Positions 24,950-36,800 of a stretch of 64,000 bases of DNA are shown here, piece after piece (within the stretch, counting starts at the first letter, position 1; each line of letters starts with the position of its first letter). Source of the DNA: Phoronis australis (lineage: Eukaryota > Animalia > Phoronida). The stretch is from assembly GCA_002633005.1 (NCBI GenBank), contig NMRA01000066.1, positions 739,136-803,135 on the forward strand. The letters run 5' to 3'. The notes under the pieces were generated by a model. The model did not search any database. It was not told the origin of the DNA and saw nothing but the letters and a program-made list of their open reading frames with translations. Both the position numbers and the translations under genes were made by a program.

Positions 24950-27731
24950 TGATACGCCGTAAAATGTAAAAATTTCGTATAACGTAACAACTGTTATATT
25001 TTACGTCATTGTTACATTTTACGTTGATAAGCCTTTCCTAAAATGTAACAAGTTGTTACATTTTACGTAGTTGTAACACTTCACGTCGAACGCCCATGCG
25101 AGAAATGTACCATTGTTACATTTTACGAAACCCACGTCATATAGCAAAAAATGACCAAAATCCCGAACAAGTGTTATCTGACACGGCCGATGGCTACTTG
25201 AGTATTTTAGACGAGGAGTGACGCCCGAAAAATTTGAATACGTACCCGTTTAGAGAGTGGGCTCGAACAAAAAATGACCCATTCAGAGACTAATTTGGGT
25301 AAAAATTTACATTTTCACAAACTTCTGTTTCAGACATTCAGTAAAGCCACCTTTTAGATATAGTTTTATCGAAAATGGCACCATTTTAGAGAGTATTTTG
25401 TTCTGTGAATAAACACCCTTTTCGGCCATGGTCCGCCCTAAAATTATCCCAGATGCCATTTGGCAGTTGGGGGTGCGAATAGTTGACGAGTGAAATCCTG
25501 GCTAATACTCTGCCCTACCCCCAACTTAGAATCCTGGATCTGCCCCTGGACACGACATGAATTTGGCTACCTATTATAATTTTTATTAGTATTGCATTAA
25601 CATCACTATTGTTACTACTATTAATACTATTACTACTATCACTAGTATTACTGGTTTTCGTTTTAGTTATCGTTATCATTATTGTTATTAATATTTTTAA
25701 ATTTATTTATTGAGGACACAATAGATGTTTAGCAAAGTGCTAATACATCGTAATCCTTAAAGATTTTAAAATCATGTCATTTATGCTTCAATGTTTTCAT
25801 CGGGCTTTCCATAGTGGGCGTCGAGTTATGTTCCAAAAGAATTTTAAAGGGGCTCCTATGTTTAGCTTTAACGACATTGTGAGGAAAGTCTTGACAGCTG
25901 TGGATGCAGAATAGGTCTACTTTTTGGAAGCGAACAGGCTGAGATTTAAAATCTTGTTTAGGAGTGCACCAACTTCAAAAATTGGTTATTTCTAAACTAT
26001 CGGCAAGCACTGTATTATTTGTAAATATAACTACTTCCATATGTGGTTTGCCACGAAGAAATAAATTCAGATCGCAATATTGTTACTGGCGTGTTGAAAA
26101 CATTCCTTGTCAAAGAACTGGGGATCGTTCCACGATGACGTGTACATGTAAGTTGAAAAATTGTGTTAAGTTAAACTCTGGAGGCAAACATTTTTCAAGA
26201 ACTAACGACTACTCGGCTGCGGTCACAGGGTCATTAGAATAGCGGGTTACGGACATACAAAACACGCAATCATTTTATGTGGAATGGGTCCCCAAATATT
26301 CTTAGAAAAGCCTAATAAGTAAGCACAATAATTTGAATAAGGTTTTATTGAAAGTGGATTGCATGGAACAAAAACTGCCAACGTAGAAGTCAGAGATTTT
26401 TAATTTGAACATTTATTGCAATGCATCAAAAGGATTAATATACCAAATTCCCTTATCTGCGAGCTGCAACGCAAAAAAGTGGCGCCTCATGAGTCACGTG
26501 ACTTCACGTCCATTAATAATAGAATATCCAATCTTTGTCCTTATTTATATATACTTCGAACTAACGACCAATGACTAAATAGCAATTTAATTCAAATTTT
26601 ATCCTAAGAGATAATGGAAAGAGAAAGTGCATGTTTTTAGTCCGAAAGGCCGACAGTCAGCTTTTTAGACTATTGCCCCTTTAAACTATCGACCTAGACC
26701 AGGTTTGAGCAAAATGATCATGTCCCATCAGAGGGCAAAATATTTTCTATTTCCCCAGCTAGGCATCCCATTTTTACGTATACACGTCACGATTTGACAT
26801 GTTGTTACCACCACTATTTCAAACAAGATTGACATCATAGGAACAATGATATTTCTTACGTCATTATGCCGCCACTTTTTTAAGCTAATGGCACGCCCTT
26901 CTCAAAGGCGATATTTTGCTGTTGCTTTGGCAAAATCTGTCAACCTGCCGGCAAACAAATGCGTGCTTTTATTTCCTTCCACGGCAACGTCTTTAAGAAA
27001 TTGTCATTAGTATCTAAGGTAATAGAAAGCACCCGCCTGCAACAGAAACTTTGGTTTTTTTGTTAATTTTGTGTGAAGCAGGGCAATTACTGCATTAGTG
27101 ATGACTCCAAGGCCGAAATAAGCCAAACTATCGTGGACTAAAACTGATGTCTTTTTCCTTGAAATAGGCTTCCGAAAATGAATTCTCCATGAAAAATGTT
27201 GTTATTGTCATTCGCTCCCGAAGAAGTACGATAAATATTAGCCAAATACGATGTCATTGTTGTTCTTACCAAGGGAAGTGTGTTTACTGTAAGGTCGGAT
27301 ACACAATTGGTTTAAGAGCGCTAACAAAAGATTGCAAACTCATTTCGTGAGGAGTTAACTGTACGCTGTACATTTTTGACCATACCATAAAACTACTCAT
27401 GTTAAAAAGTACATAGGGACACATGTGTAAAGTCTACCTGGCACTTTTGATAGAATTTCATTCACACAATCCGAGACAGAAGGCTTTAAGTGTGTCAACG
27501 GTTTTCCTCCGTGTGACAAATACCATGCAAACTCATGAAATATGACATCGCTTTCGTAAAATGTAACAATGGTACATTTCCCGCATGTACATTCGACGTA
27601 AATTGTAACAATTTCATAAAATGTAACAACTTGTAACATTTTAGGAGAGGCCTAGCAAAGTAAAATGTAACATTAACATAAATGTAACAATTGCTACACT
27701 TTACGAAATTGTTACATTTTACGGTGTATCA
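24950..27731. mobile_element. Non-autonomous TIR element (TGATAC...GTATCA), ~190-bp TIRs built of AAAATGTAACA subrepeats
   Basis: 24950-25140 is inverted relative to 27540-27731. Flanks are GGGCAC and GGTCAC. The left ~860 bp matches 62050-62799 in reverse. Confidence 0.8.
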
Positions 27732-28221
27732 GGTCACACTTATCTTAAAATATAAAAGGCTGGTCCATTTCATGATATCGTAGATCTACTACTGGGTCAA
27801 TCAGCGTTTTTCTTTGCAAAGGGTTTCTAAATGCCCTTGATCTATTTGTTGTTGCATTTTTTCGGAATGCAGGAATTGTCCAGTCAGTCTAAACTGGACC
27901 AGTATCCCCCCAGGTCTCCTGCTTACGTTGACTTGATTTGGGGTCAATTTTCCAGATATCTACAACCAATTGTGTGAGGAGACGTTCTCGTCATTTAAGA
28001 AAATCTGACCTCTTTCTACCCAATTATTGATAACATACTCACCAGTAAAAGTCTGCACTGGTTCTATTACTGTGTGTCGATTACACTCACTTTATCAAGG
28101 CTCCATGAAAGCGAGGCCTAAAATTACACCAGGTTTTGGAATACCAGGTTTGAGTCGTTAACCTGGTTTTGATAAAACACCTTGATGAAATCGACTGTTT
28201 CAACATGCATTTACATAAGCT

Positions 28222-28859
28222 TTAAGACACTTTGTAAGCTTCGCCAGCAACCCAGTAGCCAGAATATCCCAAGCTTGCAGGAAAACCAAATTCAGAAAGT
28301 GAAGGACATTGTGTCAGCGTAGGCAAGAGCACTGGCGATGAGTTAGATGCAGTCTTGCTGGTTCCGGTGGAGCTACCCGGCGTGTGCCACAAGTCGTTGT
28401 CCTGTACAGTCACTTGTAGTGCAATATGCGGAAATAGTAAATACAAATGCATCTTGATCATTTGCTACATCCTCGGACCAGTTTTTATTGATGTATACAC
28501 CATATAAATTGTCGTCGTCACCGCCTACTAAAACAAGTAGTGTGTGATTTATTCCTTCGAAACCGTCTTCTACATTGCTTACCCTCACAGACATGTTAAA
28601 GTCTAAGTTGAAGTGCTTGTCAGGGAGCCATTCCCGTATCTTATCCAAAAGTTCCGCAGTCAATAAGCCATTTAGAGCTGAAGACGAGACAAGAGGAGTG
28701 TAAGCTGAAATGATAAAACTCGCTATGTATTCAAAAATGTATATATTTCCTCATAGAAAGTTTTTGCATACGGCTGATGCATTCCTCAGTGCCCAACAGG
28801 TTGTGTGGCGCATGGTACGGTTCTTTGTCACCACACTCATCACGTTTGAAGGCATAGTG
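28222..28859 (-). pseudogene. TLDc-like domain gene with one frameshift (3' exons only found)
   Basis: Exon 28704-28222 (tttcag acceptor, phase 1): LLTAELLDKIREWLPDKHFNLDF...HTLLVLVGGDDDNLYGVYINKNW...DQDAFVFTI, a frameshift near 28380, then ...WVAGEAYKVS*. Fits the TLDc pattern 'L..WLP...F.L...TL.++...+G.Y....W...D..AF+F...E.Y.V'. A phase-compatible 67-bp intron (28771-28705) joins a tentative upstream exon 28859-28772. Confidence 0.6.
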
Positions 28860-30065
28860 CTGTTGGTGGATCCAGACAGATTACCATACTATCCTCTTGA
28901 TATATACATGTACGTTATGTGTGTTATTATATCTAGATACGTGGTATGCAAGCCAATTTAAACTCGGGCGAAGAATCTATCATACAAATCGAGTGAAGTA
29001 TTTTAAGACGCGCATTTAAACAAATCTTCGTTGACGTCACATATCCGGTTAACAGCACAGCGCCACCTGAAGTTTTTCTCACTTGTGCGATGTTTGGCAA
29101 AAAATAACTTAAAAACAAATTTGACTTATGAATGTAATTTTCTTTAATAAACTAAGGAACATAAATAGGTTGTTTCGGCCATGCCTAAAATTCATTTTCC
29201 CCTTTCTACGAGGGCTTTAATACAGCACGGCTAGGACCCGGAGATTATGATTTCCGTGTTTGGCGTAGTAATATGTTTACTATAGCAACACCTCATCCAT
29301 AGCCAGTTGGCAAAATGAAGTCGCAGGATCGTTTAGCTTTAGCTGTTTTCGCCTAGATTTTCACCAAGTTTGTTGAACTTTAAATTTTAGACGGTATATG
29401 ACGGTATTATGATTTGTGCTACAGTATATTTGGTTCAGTTGTCATTTGTCAGGTGTTTTTCAATTATTGAATATAGTGGCACTAACGCCAGTAGGTGAAA
29501 CATGAATCAATAACAACTCGAGGTACAACAACTACCGAAATTTTTATGTTCTTAGCCCACCAAATACCGTAATCTTTACAGCTTTCCCAGGGTTATTTTC
29601 TCTAGAGATGATAACGGTTACCTTATCTAGAGAAAATACCGAAAAGTGGTTTTGGCGTATTTCAATAAGTGATAACATACCTGTGTATGATAAAACTAGA
29701 TCCCTCATAAATGATATCAGCCGATCACATGATTATCTGTAACTGCATGGTCAGTAATTACACAATTGTTTACGTCATTTGTGATTTTTGGGAGGGAGAA
29801 TCTGATGTTTAAAAACGGAATTAGGAATTTGTCTGAAACCGTAAATGAACAAAATAGATACGGGAACCCCATGCAGTTACCGATGAATAAGAATATGAAA
29901 CAGAAAGTAAACGGCCAGCGTCCATACTAAAATATATCAAAATATTCCCTACGTTTCTGCTGCTTGTTGTGTATCACTGTCGTACTTTATTTACATATTT
30001 CTATTCTGTTCTGTGAAGTATCCAATAAATATATATCACCTTACAATTCGCAACGCCACCTGATA

Positions 30066-30104
30066 AGCACTGAGGAAGGTAGGTATGTCGAAATGTTTTG
30101 TGGA
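30066..30104 (+). ncRNA. Degenerate Penelope-type hammerhead motif
   Basis: CA-CTGAGGA-AGGTAGGTATGTC-GAAA-TGTTTTGTG. Core present, stem II imperfect. Confidence 0.35.
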
Positions 30105-31859
30105 GTAACTAAGCAATTCCTAGATAGAAAAATAATTTCATCATGTAAGTTATACTTTACCAACATAGTGGAATCGTTTATATAGGTAAGAGCGTGGAAT
30201 CGGAACTTGCAGGCCCGCAGTCTCAGTCAAACTCTCTGCTGGCGTAGCTAAACCACAGTTAATCTATGGGAAAATATAGCACCCCTATTAGACTGGTAAA
30301 ATTACCCGCCTTGTCTTCAGTGAGTAACTGGCAGAATTGGCAATCTGTAATAAAAACACCAAAACAAAACGGATGTAACTGTCATTCCACGAGAATACCA
30401 ATAGGTCGACTCTAGGGCCACCGACTCAGATCTTGAAAAAATTGTGTGTTCTGTACATCCTGGTGGGATATGTTCAAAATGCTTATTTGAAAATTTTGGG
30501 CCATTATTTTTAAGTTAGAGCATCCCGATTATTTTGGCCCAAAATAGCTCACTTTTTGGTTCAAACGGTTCATTCGATGAAGTTGTTTTAAAACGGCTTC
30601 AAGTAACGGGAAAGAAAAAAATATTTACACTGCTCATGCAGAACTTGAAGCTCTCTATCAGAAGACAGTCTTTGACTTTTCAAAGGGGTTTCTGCTAACC
30701 TTCAATGATGTGTCAAATTTCGGGAAATCTTGTCACATTTTGTCTTGGATTTTTAGCCATTTCTGAGGTGCTCTGAGGCCAGTTTTCGCGGTGTTGGTGA
30801 TTTCTAATGATATTTTTCATCTGACTAAGAAAATTAAAAATACAAACATGGGCTTCTTTTGTGGTGCCTGTACATGTAGCTACATGTATATCTCATTAAC
30901 CTCATGAAGGGGCTTCATTAATTTTTGCAAATAAGTTTCTATGGTGATCAAATCAGTCGACGTCAACTTTTAGATAACGACATATTTAATAAATCCAAAG
31001 TACATGTAAACTTAGTCTGAGAAAAAAGAAAATAAGAGAGCAGTCTATGGCTGCCACTTTAGCAAATACACACGATCATTGCAATAGATTCCCGTCAAAT
31101 GTCCCGTCACACACACAAAATTTTTAGTCTTGAGATAACATTACCCTCGAGTTGTGTGAAAGAGAAAGTTAGCCTTAGTAGTACATGTACATCCAACGCA
31201 GACCAAGTTGGATTCGTAATAAATCGTGATTTATACGCACAATACTGCCACCAACTCTCTTTAAAAGCGCCACTTATGACAAAAATTGCAACAACAGGGA
31301 CCGCAACGTTTGCTCCGATTTATTGCAGTGGTCCGGTTTTTTTTAAATCAAGTAAACTGCACAGGCCATACACCCATCAAAGGTGCAAGATTCAAAAGGA
31401 GTCGGTGTGCAACTGTGCTTATACCAATGTACTATTTTGTCGTTTTAAGGCATGAATTCAGATTTTAACCGTTAAGGAATCTGTAAATTTACTGTCGACA
31501 GGTTAAAGGGGCTTTGATAAGTCATGAACCGATTCAGACTGAGCAATGTCCAGCTATACGCAATCCGTGAGCACGTTCAACTCGCATTACATACAACTAC
31601 AAGGCATTTGTGTGATTTAAGCTCAAAAGTGTTATTTAGTTCCAATTCAAAATAACAAACGTGAAAAATTTACAGCAAACAATGTACATTCACCGTCGTT
31701 CAGAACAAGTCGTGCAGAACTTTAGGTTTCCTCAAAAATAGTACAAATTCGTTTAACCTTTGTTTTTGCAATCAATATCCGTATGTCGCAAACATATTTA
31801 AGTCTGGTGTGTTCAGCCAGCTGTTGGACACATCACGTGACCTAATAAAATTAAATCTG

Positions 31860-31940
31860 AAAAATTTCTGACGCAACCGGTACTCGAATCCTGGACTTTC
31901 AGCTATCCGTGCAGACGTTCTAATCTACTCAGCCATTGGG
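31860..31940 (-). mobile_element. Degenerate tRNA-derived SINE head (partly deleted copy at ~48515-48580)
   Basis: Minus strand TGGCTGAGTAG...GGATTCGAGTACC resembles A/B boxes. Present in both duplication units. Confidence 0.45.
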
Positions 31941-32474
31941 ATGACCGGTGATGCGGCCAACAGGTGATGTGCATACCAGGCTTAAAATGTTTGCGATTCA
32001 TATCTCCACGCTGGCTTAAAATTTACATATTCATATACAATAGCCATATACACTTCGAATCATTAATAAAACCAATAAAATGTGCAAATTACAAATTTAT
32101 CACGGATTTTTATAATCTGGCTTTATTTTGACCGCTTATGACCGAGGTTCAATTAGCTTCATTGAAATGATAGCTTCAAAAAGCAGTCATGTTTGATAAA
32201 AGTGCCCAACTCATTTTTGATCACAACTCATCTCTCAAATATAAAGTTTTTAAGAATAGTTTTACACTCCTTGTTTTTCTGTCGCATTGTTAAACATTCA
32301 CTACAGTTACTCCGCTCTTCCTCCGGTAAAGTATGAATAGCGGATTTGCAGCGCAGACGAACTACGCATTGCGCATGTGCGAGTTACTTCCTTCGCGAAG
32401 GCTCATGGGATAGCTTGTGGTCAGGCATGTCTTGAGCAGGCTGGATAGTGTGTGCATTTGGAGTGATTTGCAAA

Positions 32475-33732
32475 CTAAAAACCATGTTTCATTTTTTGCT
32501 TTATAATACCAAGCAAGGCCTCTCTCTCGTTTGTAAACACAGCGTAGCTATGATCAGTGACCGTGTGACCGAGAGCACGACTGTCGCCGTGTTCAGTATT
32601 GGGGTTATCGGCGTTGATTTCGAAATCTCCTCCTATTTCAGACAAGTTGAGAGTTCTTGGGTTGCTTAACTTTTGTAGCTTTCGTCGTGGATATGCTAGA
32701 GACGTTAATTTTAAGTGGAAACTCCGTCGGAATGTTGTTCTCATAAGTCTTTTTTCCACCAGGAAAATGTTCGCTGCACACACGATGGCCCCTAGGCAAT
32801 TACATCGCACTGGATGCCGCAGGCATTCAGGGGCGATAGTACATCCTCACAAAAAGTTACTCATTTCAAAATACAGCAAATAAAATCAAATGAACCCGGC
32901 ATACATATAGGAACACGGAGTTATAATTAACACATACCACGACTCTGGATACAATTTAGTCAGCAAAACTTGAACGAATCGATGAAAATCTGTCGCGGTT
33001 TGTTCGAGTTTCTCTCAGTCACGGTTACCGGGTGCCATTTTGAGGAAGTTACGTGAAATTACGCATGTTGACGAATAAAAAGTCCAAGGGACACACATCT
33101 TACAAGTTTCACCCGATACCTTCTCATGCTATTTTACAAGTGTCGCGCGCTAGCGTCACGCGCTTCGCTCAGTCTAACCTTGCGCCTAACTCACGGGATT
33201 CAGTTGACATGCTTTGTAGTTATCGCGCACGCGGTGATAAAATTAACGGCAACCAAAAAAGTGGAGTTGTAATTCTTCGCCAAAGTCAACTTAATTCTCA
33301 CAACTAAGCTTCATTAAAGATATGTATAGAAGTAGAAAGGACCAATGATGAAAGTAAGCGTTTTTTAAATGATAGTTTTAAGTGTAGAGTGTATTTTTGA
33401 CGAGGTGAAAACTCGAAATCGGTAACCCAAATCCGGTCACGGCCCGTTTAAAATACACTGGAGTAACGAAATGAGTACAGAAAGCGAATGGAAGTATTGT
33501 AGCCCCTACATGGCCAACCGAGGGGCTACGTGTTGCCTACTAGATGGCCCCGCGTTCGTTTGAATGCGCTAAATTTCCCCTTACTCCCAGGTCTCCTAAT
33601 GTTGTTTATCCATTTTTCACAAAGTTCTTGGTTTGCAGGGAACACATACAAACTCAGATTTTTATCTCTCTTGTTGTTTTTGAAGCAGCCAGGAACACAA
33701 GTGTATTCGCCGTAAGTTTTCTTCGCGCTCAT
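32475..33732 (-). pseudogene. THAP zinc-finger gene remnant split by a nested insertion
   Basis: Removing 32793-33551 (the insertion plus one TSD copy) joins TCVPGCFKN...YVFP...KWINNIRR...TRG to HRVCSEHFPGGKKTYENNIPTEFP. A DHSY (HCF-binding DHxY) motif follows after a frameshift. Confidence 0.85.
32793..33542. mobile_element. 750-bp nested insertion with 9-bp TSD
   Basis: GATGGCCCC duplicated at 32784-32792 and 33543-33551. Ends are TAGGCAA...TTGCCTACTA, with a subterminal hairpin GTAGCCCCT...AGGGGCTAC. Confidence 0.8.
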
Positions 33733-33855
33733 ACCGCGTTTTAAGCTTGTTACCATGGCCGCTTTCGGAATCCTGACCACAGCACCCACAATGCACCATT
33801 TTAACTAATTTCAATATGGCGTCGCTGCAAATCCGCTATTGAACAAGAAGTTTAA

Positions 33856-36800
33856 CTACAGAGCCGGTGTGCCCTCTTTTGCCTCGTTAGCAAGACCGAA
33901 CTGCTGTTGTGGGTACTGGTCGACCCCAGGGTACGTAGAGGGTGCGGCCTGCGGATTGTACAGGGGCTGTTGTTGATAACCTGCAAAATTTTGTCCTTGA
34001 AAACCGTATTGCTGCTGAGGGTAGCCCGTGGTCGCCGGCATGTAAGTCTGGTTAACTGCGGCAGCTGAAATAAGATGGTTTTGTCAATGAGTGTGTTTGT
34101 ACATCAAAGGAAACCGCTATCTGACACCTAATTTTACTTTCATATCGGTATCATACCTGAGTTTTTATCACAACAACTATCTGTAACCAAAACATTCTAC
34201 ATCCAGGCTAGATCTAATCCAAAAAATTTAAATCTAATTTTCACAGTCAACATGCGGACTTCCACCACCAGTTTCAATACACATCTCCTCAGTGGATTTA
34301 AATGTGGTCACCAAATTGACAGTTAAGCTCATTTTTTATTCTATTGTCCCCTAAATGCGAATGAGCCTGCAACACTCATGCAGGCCTTTGGCAATAACAA
34401 TGACATTTTAAACAATAGAGGAAGTTTCATTGTTAAAACTGTTTTGTAAAATATGGATTCCAAGACAGTAACTGGTACATGTATCTAGATACAGTAGCAG
34501 TAGTCAGTTCAATTAAAAATCGCTCGATAATGAGAACAATTGTATTTCATTCCAGCTATCCTTCTAATGTACATGTACAGGCTTTAATATTGTATCGAAA
34601 GGGTCATCTCGACGATGCTGCGCTGTCAATGCTAACCAATTGAAGCACTTTGTGGTTTTAAAAACATAACCAATCTCAAGCGGTCTCGAATATTTATAGT
34701 CGCCGAATGAGCCGGACACACAAGAAAGGTCAATGCGTACATGTATGCACGCCATATTCGAATTCGCAATTTTAGGGTCAGGTACACTGGAGCTAGAAGA
34801 TGATGGTTTAGCTGCTCTTGTTGCTAAGGGCAACGGTAAGGAATATCAGTAAACCAGTTTTATGACCTTAAATGGCCATGCTTTGGAGTTGAAAGGAATT
34901 TTGAACTTTACGTGTTGCTACATTGTACATGGGTGTTTTGATCACTTTCGGGGCTTACACGGGTGCTTGTTACAGTCTGGCATTCAAATAAATATTTTAA
35001 CAAGTTGCATTGTTATTTTGGCTGATGGTTCAATGGCACCAGTCGAATAATGCCGGTCTTAGGGTTGAATCATGAATTCGTAAATGAGGCAGGTATTAAA
35101 TACTTCGCTGTACAAATTTAAGCATGGGCGCACCTAGCTTAAAATAGGCAGGTCAAATTTTTGAGAATGTGAACCTTTTTCTAAACAAATAAAAAGAAAA
35201 ATTAAACCTTTCGCTGAAAAAAAGAAAAAAGGAGGTACGTTCAGAGCTATGAATTGTGCATTCGCTGAATTATCTTAGTTTCCGCCTCTTTTGTGGACTT
35301 TTGTCTCGTTTTCTACATTTTTGGACTTTTTGTTTCTCTGAGGCCGACCTTTTTGCCCACTTCGCCAAATGATCCCCTGAGCCCACCCCCTCTGAGTGCA
35401 CACACGTTAAGACAATTACATGCGACTTAAATTCTGCCAGATCTGCAAAGTTATGAATGTGTACCGTTGAACAAAACTTTAACATACTAACACAGTGCTC
35501 GAATAAACACAAAGTATACCACAATTACATGAATCTTTTTGAAACCTGTGCTTCTTTGTTTTAAAAAAGGCACCCATCACCATCATTTCTAGCAAAATAA
35601 TCGATCTCTTTACTAAAGCCAAACAAACGAAAAAGTTTTGAAGGAAATATCGTTTCGGCTCATCCACAATCCTCTCCTGCTGACCTTAAATGATATGTTA
35701 TGACAGCTACCTAAATTGAATCAAAACCGTTGCTTCCCCTTGGTGTGTTTTTGTTATAAATGAACAACGGGATATATTGCATCATCGCACATAGGCAGGA
35801 AATATTAGTAAACATAAACCTGTTGTGGTGACTGTGGCTACGTTTGGTCCATGACGTCTGCTGCCACCAGAGGCCGCTGCTGCACAACAGCAGCAGCAAA
35901 TGCAGATTGGAACGCCAATCAATAGTCCGAGACCGATAAGTGCACCAATCACAATGCCGATGATTGCACCAGTAGAAATGTAGTCGTCTGAAATACAAGA
36001 AAGCGAGTTTCCAACAGTCAGAGAACGGCATTTACGCTTCGTAAGTCGTAAAATGAAAGCTACTCATTTTTGTTTCCTGCTAATGCACAATTGGCGTCTC
36101 ATGTGAATGATAAAAGCAATATTAGATAAAGACACGGGGTCATTGTGCCACGAAATGAATGATCGATTCTGTTGAACAGTGACTACGTGTATTTAATTCA
36201 ACTGCTCACCGTAGTTAGTGACCTTCAAGTCTACGTTGAGCCCGTTCCTGCAAGTGGATGTAATACACAATGTCTTGTCGACTACGATGTAAACATAACG
36301 TTGAGTCGTGTAGTATGTCCAACCACTATTATATCTGTCCAGTTTTGCCTAAAATGATAATGGTAAAAAATGATACGTTTCAAAAGATCCTCTGTAATTA
36401 GTCTGCATGTACAGTGTGTATGCTTTGTCTATGTACATTAGTGCAGTGTAGTCTTTGTCAAAAAGAATAATAACAATTATGTTACTGGGGTGTCATCCTT
36501 TTGAAAGGTACATGTATGGTGTATGACCAGCTTCCATTTGGTTTTGTTCAGTAGTTTGCGCCTTGAATAGTTCATTTGGATGAATGATAATGCCATCCAT
36601 TTATGCAAAATGCATCACTCTGTCGCCGTTGATATTGATGCTTTCAAAGTATCTGGCGGACTAAAAATACAATTAGCCGCAACCACAATATTCAGGTTAC
36701 GTTCGCTATCTGTTTATATTAATTACCCTTTTTATTTTAAATTCTCAAAGTTAAACGTTCTTTTTTACATAAAAACCTCTTCAAAGTATAGAACTGTAGA

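Larger units (their letters stand above)
32339..33837 (-). mobile_element. ISL2EU-like (PIF/Harbinger-related) non-autonomous DNA transposon in the 3' UTR of paralogue A
   Basis: Perfect TIR AGCGGATTTGCAGCG...CGCTGCAAATCCGCT with AT duplicated on both sides. Copy B has the empty site TGA-AT-TGAAC (~48988-48997). Carries a THAP-domain remnant. Confidence 0.8.

Noticed and set aside
33856-33870. C-terminal PDZ-binding motif (TPAL)
   Set aside because: The -2 residue is Pro, not S/T, so it is not a class I motif despite conservation in both copies.
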